Shown here: positions 18,582 through 27,886 of the stretch, piece by piece
Layout: the number at the start of each line of letters is the position of its first letter
How positions within the stretch are numbered: position 1 is the first letter of the stretch
Source: an uncultured Candidatus Saccharibacteria bacterium
Lineage (GTDB): Bacteria; Patescibacteriota; WWE3; UBA101185; UBA10185
Assembly (NCBI GenBank): GCA_964643995.1
Contig: CAZXUJ010000001.1
Coordinates: 5,622 to 69,621, forward strand
DNA length: 64,000 bases
Reading direction: 5' to 3'
Notes under the pieces: model-generated
The model's input: the letters and a program-made list of their open reading frames with translations, nothing else
Database searches by the model: none
Told to the model about the DNA's origin: nothing
Made by a program: the position numbers and the translations under genes

Positions 18582-20402
18582 ATGAAGTTAACTACCGTTA
18601 AAATAGAAAATTTTAGATCCATAAAAGATCCCATAGAGGTTTACATCGAGGACACTACCACTATTTTTTTAGGTGCTAACGACCACGGCAAAAGCAACTT
18701 GCTCTATGCGATTCAGAAATTAAACGCTGACAAGCCTATTTTAGAAGAAGAACGAAATTGGGATGTGCCTCAAAGTGTAGGTGAGCCACGAATTGAGTGG
18801 TCATTTTCTTTGTCGAATGAAGATAAGGATAGTTTAACAAAGATGTGTGTTCCTGCCGTTGTTAAAGTAGCTGAGAATAAAGATGGTGTGGAGGCTCAGT
18901 CTGCAGAAGTATTGGATGCCACGGTTTATTTAAAAACTAATTCTTTAGGGACACTGACTTTTGAACGTTTGGGAGTCAATACTCCGATTAAGGTGATAAG
19001 CGTTCCTGATGAGTTTGAAATACCCAATTTAGAAGAAAATGAGAGCAAGTTAGTTGCAATGATACCGAATGTGGAGCTTTTTGAATCTCCAGAAATTAAG
19101 GTTATCGATAGTATAACTAGGGAAGAATTGGATAAAAGTGACTTTATGCAGGGTATATTCATGTTGGCAGGAATTTGGGACCAAAAGGATGAGGTGTTTA
19201 ATCAAAATCCCAAAACTGAAAAAATGCTATCCCAAGCTTCTGATAAATTAACCAAGGAGTTAAGGAATACCTGGCAACAAGGATCCAAACTAGAATGGAG
19301 GTTTTCCCACCTTAGAGAGGAAAACCGTATTGGAATAACCATTGGGGATCCTGCTGTTAGCACTACTTTTGTCAAGCCTTCGTTAAGATCGTCTGGTTTT
19401 AAAACATTCTTTTACATTTCAATGACGATTGATGCCCGTTCCAGAAAAAATAATAATGGTCATTTTATATTTATGTTTGATGAGCCAGGTACATATCTTC
19501 ATCCAGCCGCGCAAATAGATTTACAACGTAGCTTTGAAAAGATTGCGGAAAAAAATCAAATTATATATACAACTCACTCCATATTTCTGATAAGTAAAAA
19601 CTACCCGAAGCGAAATAGAGTGGTCTTAAAAACTGATAATGGCACCAAAGTTGATCAGAAGCCTTTTAGAAAGAATTGGAAAGCCGTTAGAGAGTCCCTA
19701 GGTGTTTTATTAAGCAATAACTTTTTAATAGCAGACAAGACTTTATTAGTAGAGGGACCTTCGGACATCGTTTATATTTGGTTAGCGTTGCGAAAACTTA
19801 AAGATGCTGGAAAGGTAGATATAGATTTAAACGATATAAATATGGTAGATGCTAATGATAAAAGAAATTATATCTTAATGGCGAAGTTGATGTTAACCGA
19901 GGGTAGAAAGGTTACTGCATTAGTGGATGGTGACGATGGAGGTAAAAGTATTCAGGATGATTTAAAGAAGCTATGTGGTGGAGAGTTGAAAAGTAAAGAC
20001 CTCAAGCCGTTCATTTTGGAAAGCAATAAATCTATAGAAAATGTTTTGGCGGATGTAGACACATTAAAGATTGCGGCAAAACAAGTCGCTACAGAGCTTG
20101 TGGGCGCTGGGTTACTTGCATATAAATCTGGTGTGGCTATTGATACTGCGGTTAACGATATTAAGGAGGATTCCAGTGTGACGTTAGGTAAGACCCTAGA
20201 AAATGTTACAGGTACATGGTTTGAAAACGAGCAATCTTTATCAAAATTGCAGGTAGCAATGAAGTATGAGGACATTGTTCTTAGTGGTGGCGGAAACATA
20301 AACGAACGTTCCGCGGAAACATGGTTTAAGAGACTTCAAAAAGAGATGGAACTACGTAGTGAAAAAGAGCCAGAAAGCGGAGTTATAGATCAAATAGATT
20401 AG
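18582..20402 (+). CDS. OLD-family (overcoming lysogenization defect) ATP-dependent nuclease: N-terminal ABC-type ATPase + C-terminal TOPRIM
   Basis: MKLTTVKIENFRSIKDP...FLGANDHGKSNLLYAI (OLD N-terminus/Walker A); FMFDEPGTYLHPAAQ...IIYTTHS (Walker B, H-loop); C-term LLVEGPSDIVYIW (TOPRIM). Start set to Met at 18582; ORF extends to 18495. Confidence 0.8.
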   Translation: MKLTTVKIENFRSIKDPIEVYIEDTTTIFLGANDHGKSNLLYAIQKLNADKPILEEERNWDVPQSVGEPRIEWSFSLSNEDKDSLTKMCVPAVVKVAENKDGVEAQSAEVLDATVYLKTNSLGTLTFERLGVNTPIKVISVPDEFEIPNLEENESKLVAMIPNVELFESPEIKVIDSITREELDKSDFMQGIFMLAGIWDQKDEVFNQNPKTEKMLSQASDKLTKELRNTWQQGSKLEWRFSHLREENRIGITIGDPAVSTTFVKPSLRSSGFKTFFYISMTIDARSRKNNNGHFIFMFDEPGTYLHPAAQIDLQRSFEKIAEKNQIIYTTHSIFLISKNYPKRNRVVLKTDNGTKVDQKPFRKNWKAVRESLGVLLSNNFLIADKTLLVEGPSDIVYIWLALRKLKDAGKVDIDLNDINMVDANDKRNYILMAKLMLTEGRKVTALVDGDDGGKSIQDDLKKLCGGELKSKDLKPFILESNKSIENVLADVDTLKIAAKQVATELVGAGLLAYKSGVAIDTAVNDIKEDSSVTLGKTLENVTGTWFENEQSLSKLQVAMKYEDIVLSGGGNINERSAETWFKRLQKEMELRSEKEPESGVIDQID

Positions 20403-20449
20403 ACATTCATAGTCGTTTAACTATTCATCTTTACTCGTATACTCTAAAT

Positions 20450-22231
20450 TTACTTTCTATTTTCCTCATTTTTCTTTACACTCAACATTAAACTTTTCTT
20501 TTCATCTGACCAGTACAGTTTTATATCCTTCTCTTTTTTAGGCGGATACTTTTCTAAAAAATCTTTGTTCTCGGCTACCATAAAAACCTTACAATATATG
20601 GAACCTTTAATATCTTTCAGCTGCCTTGCTTTTAAAAACCCTTGTCTAACAAGTTTATCCCTAGTAGATGGATGTACACTATAGTCCGACTGTATCTGCC
20701 AATCTGATATCCACTGGCCTTCATTACTATAAACATGTTTTAGATCATGCGGTATAACGCCTTCCTTAATATTTCTCCAACAATCAGCACATCTAATACC
20801 GTCAAGATTCCACCACATTTTGTCGCCTGCGAAGGATCTTCCGCATATTCCACAGGTATAGCTTCCACCATCAGATACCTCAAGGAAGAAACCCTCGGGC
20901 TCTTTTTCCAATCTTCGCTTACGAATATTTTCTATGGCATCAAACTTTCCCATATGCCTTGCCAGTTGCACAATATTGTTTAGTTCCAAATGTGATCTTT
21001 TATTAGGGTCGCTAATTGGGTTTGGTTCTTCCTTAATTTTCCCAGTTATCGTTATTAAATCTTCCTCACGCTCGTAGCCTTTAAGTTTTCCGGATATAAA
21101 TCCAAGCCTATTTGATAAACCCTCTGGCATTAACCGCCAATTAGTTTTTTCAAGTGTATCTTTAATGAGTTTTTGAAGATCATACATGCTTACACGCTTA
21201 TTCCTCTGAGTTTCAGTTTCCTGAAATGAAAACGGAACAATTACAAACTGACCCATCTCAGGTTTATCGAGTGAAAATTTAACATAGCCTTGTTTTTCAA
21301 AAAGGGGAGTTAGGAGCTTTTCAAGTTCTCCGATTCCAAGCTTTTTAATTTTGGAAACCTGCTCATAAACTGGATTATCGTATTTACGCATCTCATCGTC
21401 ATGCGCAAACTTGGAATATTCCAATGCTTCTAATATTTCGAGGTTTTCTTGACCCTGTTTATCATCAAGGCAGTATTCCGCACGGTATTTTTCCAAAAGC
21501 GCTTTGTTTTCAGCTTCTTCTTTCGCCCGTTCTTCATCTTTTTTACTAAAATCATCTACGTCAATATCTTTATAACCGCAGGAAGCACATTTGGTAGTCC
21601 ATGTAATGACTTTATCCTTAACTTTAGTTGTGACTTTTACTTCTTTACCGCATTTAGGGCAAAGATTTGGTTTTGGAACATAAACTTCTCCGTTATCATA
21701 AATAGCTTGGCGTTTCTTACAGGCAGAACAGTCAAACATGAAACAAACCCGCATCGGGGTATCCGTATAATCCTCAAGGACTTTAGAACTGTAGCTCATT
21801 TGAGTGTTGCATTTTGGGCATATAACATTTTTTGGTTCTGTCGCGTTATCGTAATAATCCTGCTTGGCTTTATCCTCAGCCATTATTTTCTCAATAAAAT
21901 CCTTTTTTCTTTTATATTCGTTTGTTTTAACTACAAATAAATGCCTGCCTAAAATAAGGCCAAAATCATGTTCTTTTTTCTCATCTGTTAAGGATTTAAG
22001 TTCGGGATCGTTAAAGTGTTCTTTGTATGCTTTTCGCCAAAATTCTATTGTGCGTAGACATTCGCGTATGGTTGAGAGGTCGTATATATCTATGTAGTAT
22101 TGCTCGGGTTTTAGATATTCCACTAAAAACAATATACTACTTTCTAATGTGAGTAGAATATTCACGATTTTCTTATAAAAAACTCGTGTTATTCTGGTAA
22201 TATAAGTTAAGATGACAAAATCAGAAGACAT
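20450..22231 (-). CDS. Large multi-zinc-ribbon protein, unknown function (start uncertain)
   Basis: At least three C-x2-C...C-x2-C pairs (CPKCNTQM...CSACKK; CPKCGKE...CASCGY; CGICGRS...CADCWRN). Convergent with OLD gene, divergent from MTase. First ATG would overlap the MTase start by 20 bp, so the true start may be an internal Met (e.g. ~21883) or a non-ATG start. Confidence 0.45.
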   Translation of the reverse strand: MSSDFVILTYITRITRVFYKKIVNILLTLESSILFLVEYLKPEQYYIDIYDLSTIRECLRTIEFWRKAYKEHFNDPELKSLTDEKKEHDFGLILGRHLFVVKTNEYKRKKDFIEKIMAEDKAKQDYYDNATEPKNVICPKCNTQMSYSSKVLEDYTDTPMRVCFMFDCSACKKRQAIYDNGEVYVPKPNLCPKCGKEVKVTTKVKDKVITWTTKCASCGYKDIDVDDFSKKDEERAKEEAENKALLEKYRAEYCLDDKQGQENLEILEALEYSKFAHDDEMRKYDNPVYEQVSKIKKLGIGELEKLLTPLFEKQGYVKFSLDKPEMGQFVIVPFSFQETETQRNKRVSMYDLQKLIKDTLEKTNWRLMPEGLSNRLGFISGKLKGYEREEDLITITGKIKEEPNPISDPNKRSHLELNNIVQLARHMGKFDAIENIRKRRLEKEPEGFFLEVSDGGSYTCGICGRSFAGDKMWWNLDGIRCADCWRNIKEGVIPHDLKHVYSNEGQWISDWQIQSDYSVHPSTRDKLVRQGFLKARQLKDIKGSIYCKVFMVAENKDFLEKYPPKKEKDIKLYWSDEKKSLMLSVKKNEENRK

Positions 22232-23057
22232 TAAAATTAATCAAATAATTCTTGGGGATTGCATAACAGGTATGGAAAAACTACCTGATAGGTCAGTTGA
22301 CTTAGTGATTGCTGATCCCCCTTACAATGTATCAAAAGGTAACAAATGGAAGTGGGATAACAGCGTTAAATTACAGGGATTTGGTGGAAATTGGAATAAA
22401 ACCATGGAAGATTGGGACAACATGTCACTTCAAGATTATTGGAGTTTCACTGAAGCTTGGTTAAATCAGGTTTGTAGAGTGTTGAAACCCTCGGGGTCTC
22501 TTTGGGTATATGGAACTTATCACAATATTGGAATAATTAATGTAATTATGCAGAAGCTGGGGGTCGAAATGTTAAATGAAATAATATGGTTTAAACGAAA
22601 TTCATTTCCTAATTTATCGGGCAGACGATTTACTGCCAGTCATGAAAATTTGATTTGGGCCCACGTCGGTGGAAAAAAGCGACAGTACTATTTTGATTAC
22701 AAGAAAATAAAGGAAATGCAATTTCCTGAAGACAAGATAAAAACTCCAGGAAAACAGATGAGAACTGTATGGGACATACCAAATAACAAGGAGGCTTCGG
22801 AATTGAAATTTGGAAAACATCCTACCCAGAAGCCGTTGCGTTTATGTAGAAGAATTTTATTAGCAACAAGCAGGCCATCAGACTTGATATTGGTCCCATT
22901 CTGCGGTTCTGGAAGTGAATGTGTTGCCGCAAAAATGCTTGATAGGAACTTTATAAGCTTCGAAGTAGATCAGAAATATGTTGATATCGCTAATAAGCGT
23001 ATTGAGAATACTGATGTTAAAGCAAATTTATTTAATCTTTCTTTGGATACTCTATGA
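22212..23057 (+). CDS. DNA amino-methyltransferase, beta-class (N4-cytosine or N6-adenine)
   Basis: Motif IV LVIADPPYNV precedes motif I ILVPFCGSGSECVAAK (beta-class order). Confidence 0.8.
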   Translation: MTKSEDIKINQIILGDCITGMEKLPDRSVDLVIADPPYNVSKGNKWKWDNSVKLQGFGGNWNKTMEDWDNMSLQDYWSFTEAWLNQVCRVLKPSGSLWVYGTYHNIGIINVIMQKLGVEMLNEIIWFKRNSFPNLSGRRFTASHENLIWAHVGGKKRQYYFDYKKIKEMQFPEDKIKTPGKQMRTVWDIPNNKEASELKFGKHPTQKPLRLCRRILLATSRPSDLILVPFCGSGSECVAAKMLDRNFISFEVDQKYVDIANKRIENTDVKANLFNLSLDTL

Positions 23058-23911
23058 ATGAAGTCGGTAAAAAATTAATTCCACCTGTTATTAAGTGGAG
23101 CGGTAGCAAGAGACCTGTTGCTTATCAGTTATCACAGTATTTTCCAGAGACTAAAAGGTTCTTTGATCCATTCGTTGGAGGTGGTTCTATATTACCGTTT
23201 TTCTTTGGTAAAAAGGCTTTTGTTGGTGACGTAATTCCAGAGTTAATATTTCTTTGGGAATCGATTAAAACGGATCCAGACAAAGTTATTAATGAATATA
23301 GAACTAGATGGGAATCACTTAAGAATAATGGATACACTGAGTATTACTCCATTCGGGACACATTTAACGTAACAAGAAATCCTATGGATTTCTTGTTTTT
23401 AAGTAGAACCTGCGTGAACGGTTTGATTAGGTATAACAAAATAGGGGAATTTAATAATTCATTACATCATACACGCTCAGGTATAGATCCCGAACGTTTT
23501 GCCCCTATAATTAAAATGTGGAGCAAATGGATTCAACAAGTGTCGTTTCTCAATCAGGATTATCGATTAACATTAAAGGAAGTTACTAAAGGAGACACGG
23601 TATTTTTAGATCCCCCATATGTGGGTACAAAATCCAGATACATACCTCAAAAATTCGACTATGCAATTTTCTTTGATGAACTTGAGAGGCTAAACAGCAC
23701 TGGTGTTAACTGGATTCTCACCTTAGACGGTAATGCAGGGGATAGATATTATGATAGCAAGATTCCAAAAGAATTATATAAGGCCAGTATTAAGGTAAAT
23801 ACAGGAAAGTCACCGTTTTCAAAAGTAATGAATAATAAACAAGACAGTATTAGCGAATCAGTGTACTTCAACTTTCAACCAATTGCCAAAATGCCTAACG
23901 CGGTTTTGTAA
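23054..23911 (+). CDS. Dam-family (D12 class, alpha) N6-adenine DNA methyltransferase
   Basis: N-term IKWSGSKRP...FDPFVGGGS (motif I) then LDPPYVGTKSRY (motif IV); start overlaps previous MTase stop (ATGA). Confidence 0.8.
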   Translation: MNEVGKKLIPPVIKWSGSKRPVAYQLSQYFPETKRFFDPFVGGGSILPFFFGKKAFVGDVIPELIFLWESIKTDPDKVINEYRTRWESLKNNGYTEYYSIRDTFNVTRNPMDFLFLSRTCVNGLIRYNKIGEFNNSLHHTRSGIDPERFAPIIKMWSKWIQQVSFLNQDYRLTLKEVTKGDTVFLDPPYVGTKSRYIPQKFDYAIFFDELERLNSTGVNWILTLDGNAGDRYYDSKIPKELYKASIKVNTGKSPFSKVMNNKQDSISESVYFNFQPIAKMPNAVL

Positions 23912-25855
23912 AAATGATTCCAACCATTTAGCAGATTCCTTAGTTTTTATATGCAGATGTACCTGTCCATTTTCTATAAACTCCACGCCAACTATTACAT
24001 CAGAGTTACTTTTTGAGTTTGCAATATTCATATCCTCGTATTTTGTATATCTAAAAGCAGCTACCGAGAAAATCTTTTGCTCCTTTTCCTTGTACTCTTT
24101 ATCGAATACTCTCCATGAGACTTCATCTTTTTCTCTATATACATTAGGCCCAGTTCTGGTTAATTCCTTAACATATTTGATAAGTCGGGATCCAATATCC
24201 GTTTCTAACGATACGCTCGTATCTTTAGATTCGATGCTTAAAATATATACTTGGTTATTTGAGTGTTTTATTTGAAAAATATGGTCAGGTCTTTTAGAGA
24301 GTGTACCAGATACACGTGGTAAGGATACCCATCTATACTCGGTACCATCTTCAAAATTAAAGATTGATATACCACTCCAATTACCTCCTGGAGGGTTACA
24401 AAGACCTTCGAAGAAAGTCTCATCTTTATGTAAGTAAAATATTTCATGTAATACCGAATCTACATCGTGTTCGCCAAACTTTTTTGGCATAAAGGTATTA
24501 ATTGGTTTGTCTAATCCTGCTTGTAAGTGTTTCTCATATTTAGTTGGTATAACATACATTACTTTGTCAGATCGTTCTGTTGTTTTAGTGTCCACAATTA
24601 TTGCGTTGCTATAATTTAATACCGCTTGCCAGAGTCCATTTGTTTGAGCCAATTTCCAAATGTTACCAGTAACTTCTTTTAATGTTGTAGTAGGACAAGG
24701 ACCGTAAATTATTGTTAAAACATCGACATCATTTTCTCCTGTTACCATGCGCAAAAGTGGTACTAGTCCTCTGTCCGGTCGTGAGTCATCCCCTCTAGGC
24801 TTGAATCCAGCAACCCACGCTATGAACAATGGTTTCTCTCCATTTTTTATCCAATTTATAGATTCTGCGTCTACCTTTGATCTGTATATTGTTGCTACAA
24901 GCTGACCAAGTTTATGTCGTTCAGTAGTACTTAGCAAGCAAAACGGAAGATCTCCCGAACACACAGCTACAGCCTTGTTATTTGAAACACTTGAAAGCAA
25001 CTTCTTAAATGAATTAGATGTTGGAATTGAAACGCGCTTATTCCATGGTATTCTCTTATCAATAAGTAAATCGGCTATTTGAGATCCTTTGTCAAAGTTC
25101 AACAATTTTTTCCATTCGTTGTCTTGTAATATGCCACCTTTGTTTTTCCTTTGGCTGGCAAGAAACAAAGTGAGTTCCAACGCTTTATTAGCTAAACTTT
25201 CTGCATAGCTGCTGTAATTGTCATTTTCTAGGATAGCTTTGATAAATAGCTGTAGTTCTTTACCAGCAAAGAAACGAGAATATTTTTTGTATAAGTCTGC
25301 AGAAATGGATGGGCTGGGAGAATAAATTGGAAGTGTAATAGTGCTATATCTTTTACCAAGGGATAGGTATGAAAACGGAATGATTGGGTTTGGAAATCTA
25401 GCGGCCTTAGTATTTCTATCTGAATCTAACTCTATACCGCCTAATTCTGCAAAATATAAATACGGTATTTTAGCCTGAGCACTACTAATAGCCCTGCCAC
25501 TTCTTTGCCATGCATTATTACCTGCGGGTAAGGCACCACAAAATTCCATTGATAGGATTGGCTTTTCGATTTGTAACCCATTTTTTTCATATTGCTTCGT
25601 AACTATTGCATCTGTAGCCTCTCTAAGTTTTGCCCCGTTTACTTCTAAAACTGTTTTAATGTCATAATCCCATCTATCGTACCCTGGAAATAGCTGTATC
25701 TCATATCTTATTTCAGAGTTGGAAAGTGAAAATTTTGGAACATAAAGTGGACCATCGATAGGTACAAGTTCAAGCTCCAATGATGAGGAAATAAGCCTTA
25801 GTGCTTCTTCACATTCAAGAATATTATCACCGTAGATATTTAGTTTTGTTACCAT
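23858..25855 (-). CDS. Putative restriction endonuclease (candidate Type IIS-like partner of the two MTases)
   Basis: 665-aa ORF convergent with and overlapping the 3' end of the Dam-like MTase gene. C-terminal PD-x17-ExK-like arrangement: RPDHIFQIKHSNNQVYILSIESKD. No other family signal. Confidence 0.4.
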   Translation of the reverse strand: MVTKLNIYGDNILECEEALRLISSSLELELVPIDGPLYVPKFSLSNSEIRYEIQLFPGYDRWDYDIKTVLEVNGAKLREATDAIVTKQYEKNGLQIEKPILSMEFCGALPAGNNAWQRSGRAISSAQAKIPYLYFAELGGIELDSDRNTKAARFPNPIIPFSYLSLGKRYSTITLPIYSPSPSISADLYKKYSRFFAGKELQLFIKAILENDNYSSYAESLANKALELTLFLASQRKNKGGILQDNEWKKLLNFDKGSQIADLLIDKRIPWNKRVSIPTSNSFKKLLSSVSNNKAVAVCSGDLPFCLLSTTERHKLGQLVATIYRSKVDAESINWIKNGEKPLFIAWVAGFKPRGDDSRPDRGLVPLLRMVTGENDVDVLTIIYGPCPTTTLKEVTGNIWKLAQTNGLWQAVLNYSNAIIVDTKTTERSDKVMYVIPTKYEKHLQAGLDKPINTFMPKKFGEHDVDSVLHEIFYLHKDETFFEGLCNPPGGNWSGISIFNFEDGTEYRWVSLPRVSGTLSKRPDHIFQIKHSNNQVYILSIESKDTSVSLETDIGSRLIKYVKELTRTGPNVYREKDEVSWRVFDKEYKEKEQKIFSVAAFRYTKYEDMNIANSKSNSDVIVGVEFIENGQVHLHIKTKESAKWLESFLQNRVRHFGNWLKVEVH

Positions 25856-26141
25856 ACAAGTCTATCCAATTTAATTGATATCCCAAAAATTTATCAAGAA
25901 ATATTAATTTCACTTTATAGGATATTGCAATATGGCCTTTTTATCAAGGAACTTAGGAAATTTTAAGCGGGATACTAATCTTGCACACTTTTTCGCTAAA
26001 ATAGAATTAATAAGCTTAAAAACTTATTTAAGAAATCTGAACAAAGGCACTTGTCACTTTAGACTTTAGCCATTGAACACGCCAAATGACCAAAAAGCAT
26101 ATGTAAAGTATGTAGTTATTTTTGTGCCTAAAAGGAGGCTT

Positions 26142-27470
26142 ATGGAAGAAAAATTAAATATAGTTTACGTACAAGTTAATAAATTAAACCCTGCCCCATA
26201 TAACCCCAGAAAGTGGGATGAGGACGCGTGTACAAAGTTAAAAGAAAGCCTAACAAAATTTGGCTTTGTTGACCCGCTGATAGTTAACTCGGCTCCAAAT
26301 AGAGAAAACGTGGTCATCGGAGGACACTTCAGGCTCAAAATGGGTATAGAGCTTGGTTTCAAAGAAGTTCCCGTTGTCTACGTTAATATTCCTGAGCTTG
26401 AAAAAGAAAAGGAATTAAACCTAAGACTTAACAAAAACGTTGGTACTTGGGATTTTAAACTATTGGCAGAGTTTGATGCATCGTTACTTGGTGATATTGG
26501 CTTTTCGAGCGAGGAGTTGGACGATATATTTGGAATCGACGATACACCTGAAGAATTCGACCTTCAAAAAGAACTTCAGAAGCTAAATATTCAAAATATT
26601 AATATCAAAAAAGGCGATGTGTATAAGCTTGGTGATAGTAGGCTAATGTGTGGCGACTCTACCGTCGACACAGATGTTCTAAAGCTATTTGGTGATGAAA
26701 AAGCCGATATGTGCTTTACCGACCCACCCTATATTCTTGATTACTTAAAAGGTAAGAAAAAAGCTGGTAATGCAATTACTGGCTTTGGTGCGAAACGTGA
26801 TCGTAGGTACCTTGAAACCGATGTTTTGCCCGATGATTTTACTGAAAAATGGATGGCAAATATTGCAAAGATCCAAAAGGAAAGCTTTTCAATTATTGTT
26901 TATGAAAATTGGAAAAACATACGAACCATTTGGGGCGAAATGGAAAAGTATTGGAAAGTTAAAAATATGATTGTGTGGCATTTACCAAATCGTACCCAAG
27001 GGTTTGCAGGCAAGTATAGATTCTTTTCCAAGCACGATATTGCAATGGTCGGAGCTTCTCCGAATGCCAATATCGATTATAACTTAGAACCCGAAGAAGA
27101 CGGTCTTCAAAACGAATATGAAACAGCACTTTATGCGATTTCAGGTAAACCTCAATGGGAAAGCTATAAGCATGGTAAAAAGTACCAGCCAACGGACTTT
27201 ATTGAGTATGTTGCCTCGGATGAAAAAAGCTCAGGCCAAGGCATCATATTTGGCACGAAACCACTTGAAATACTAATTCCATACATCAAAGTACTTACAA
27301 AACGCGGAGATCTAATTGTTGAACCTTTCGGTGGAAGTGGTTCAACTCTAATTGCGGCTACAAAAATGAACCGCAGATGTTACTTAATGGAAAAGTCGCC
27401 TGTTTATGCTGAAGTTATTAAAAACCGTTGGGAAAAACTTACGGGTCTTAAAGGGGAGCGATTATTATGA
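26142..27470 (+). CDS. ParB-like nuclease domain fused to beta-class DNA amino-methyltransferase (phage-type)
   Basis: N-term ParB/Srx fold (LNPAPYNPRKW...VIGGHFRL); MTase motif IV FTDPPYILDY then motif I VEPFGGSGSTLIAA. Start set to ATG at 26142, which has AGGAGG 6 nt upstream; ORF extends to 26073. Confidence 0.75.
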   Translation: MEEKLNIVYVQVNKLNPAPYNPRKWDEDACTKLKESLTKFGFVDPLIVNSAPNRENVVIGGHFRLKMGIELGFKEVPVVYVNIPELEKEKELNLRLNKNVGTWDFKLLAEFDASLLGDIGFSSEELDDIFGIDDTPEEFDLQKELQKLNIQNINIKKGDVYKLGDSRLMCGDSTVDTDVLKLFGDEKADMCFTDPPYILDYLKGKKKAGNAITGFGAKRDRRYLETDVLPDDFTEKWMANIAKIQKESFSIIVYENWKNIRTIWGEMEKYWKVKNMIVWHLPNRTQGFAGKYRFFSKHDIAMVGASPNANIDYNLEPEEDGLQNEYETALYAISGKPQWESYKHGKKYQPTDFIEYVASDEKSSGQGIIFGTKPLEILIPYIKVLTKRGDLIVEPFGGSGSTLIAATKMNRRCYLMEKSPVYAEVIKNRWEKLTGLKGERLL

Positions 27471-27886
27471 GTAAAGCAATTGAAGATAGGCAGAAAAAAG
27501 AACGCGCGCTACTTCTTGAAACGTTTAAGAAGACTCCAATTATTCAACTGGCTTGCGAAAAGTCTGGTGTTGGCAGAGCAACATACTATCGATGGCGACA
27601 TGAAGATTCCGAATTTGCACTTCAAGCAGATTTGGCTTTAGAGGAAAGCGTGGGGCTTATGAATGACCTTGCCGAATCTCAGCTTTTATCTGCGATAAAA
27701 GAAAAAAACATTACAGCTATTATATTTTGGCTTAAGAATAGACATAAGGCTTATACAAACAGGGTTGAAATAAATGCAAAAGTAGAATCAAAAAATGCGG
27801 AACTTAGCCCAGAACAAGAAGATCTAATAAAAAAAGCGCTTGGCTTATCAAGCATTGTTGCAAGCGGAGGTACGAAGGATGATTAA
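27467..27886 (+). CDS. Phage terminase small subunit-like HTH protein
   Basis: 139 aa, HTH IQLACEKSGVGRATYYRWRHEDSEF, immediately upstream of and overlapping terL; ATGA overlap with previous gene. Confidence 0.5.
   Translation: MSKAIEDRQKKERALLLETFKKTPIIQLACEKSGVGRATYYRWRHEDSEFALQADLALEESVGLMNDLAESQLLSAIKEKNITAIIFWLKNRHKAYTNRVEINAKVESKNAELSPEQEDLIKKALGLSSIVASGGTKDD

Noticed and set aside
21449-22097. Plus-strand ORFs (163 aa and 77 aa) rich in F/I/K
   Set aside because: Lie antisense inside the zinc-ribbon protein gene; AT-rich antisense frames, no motifs.
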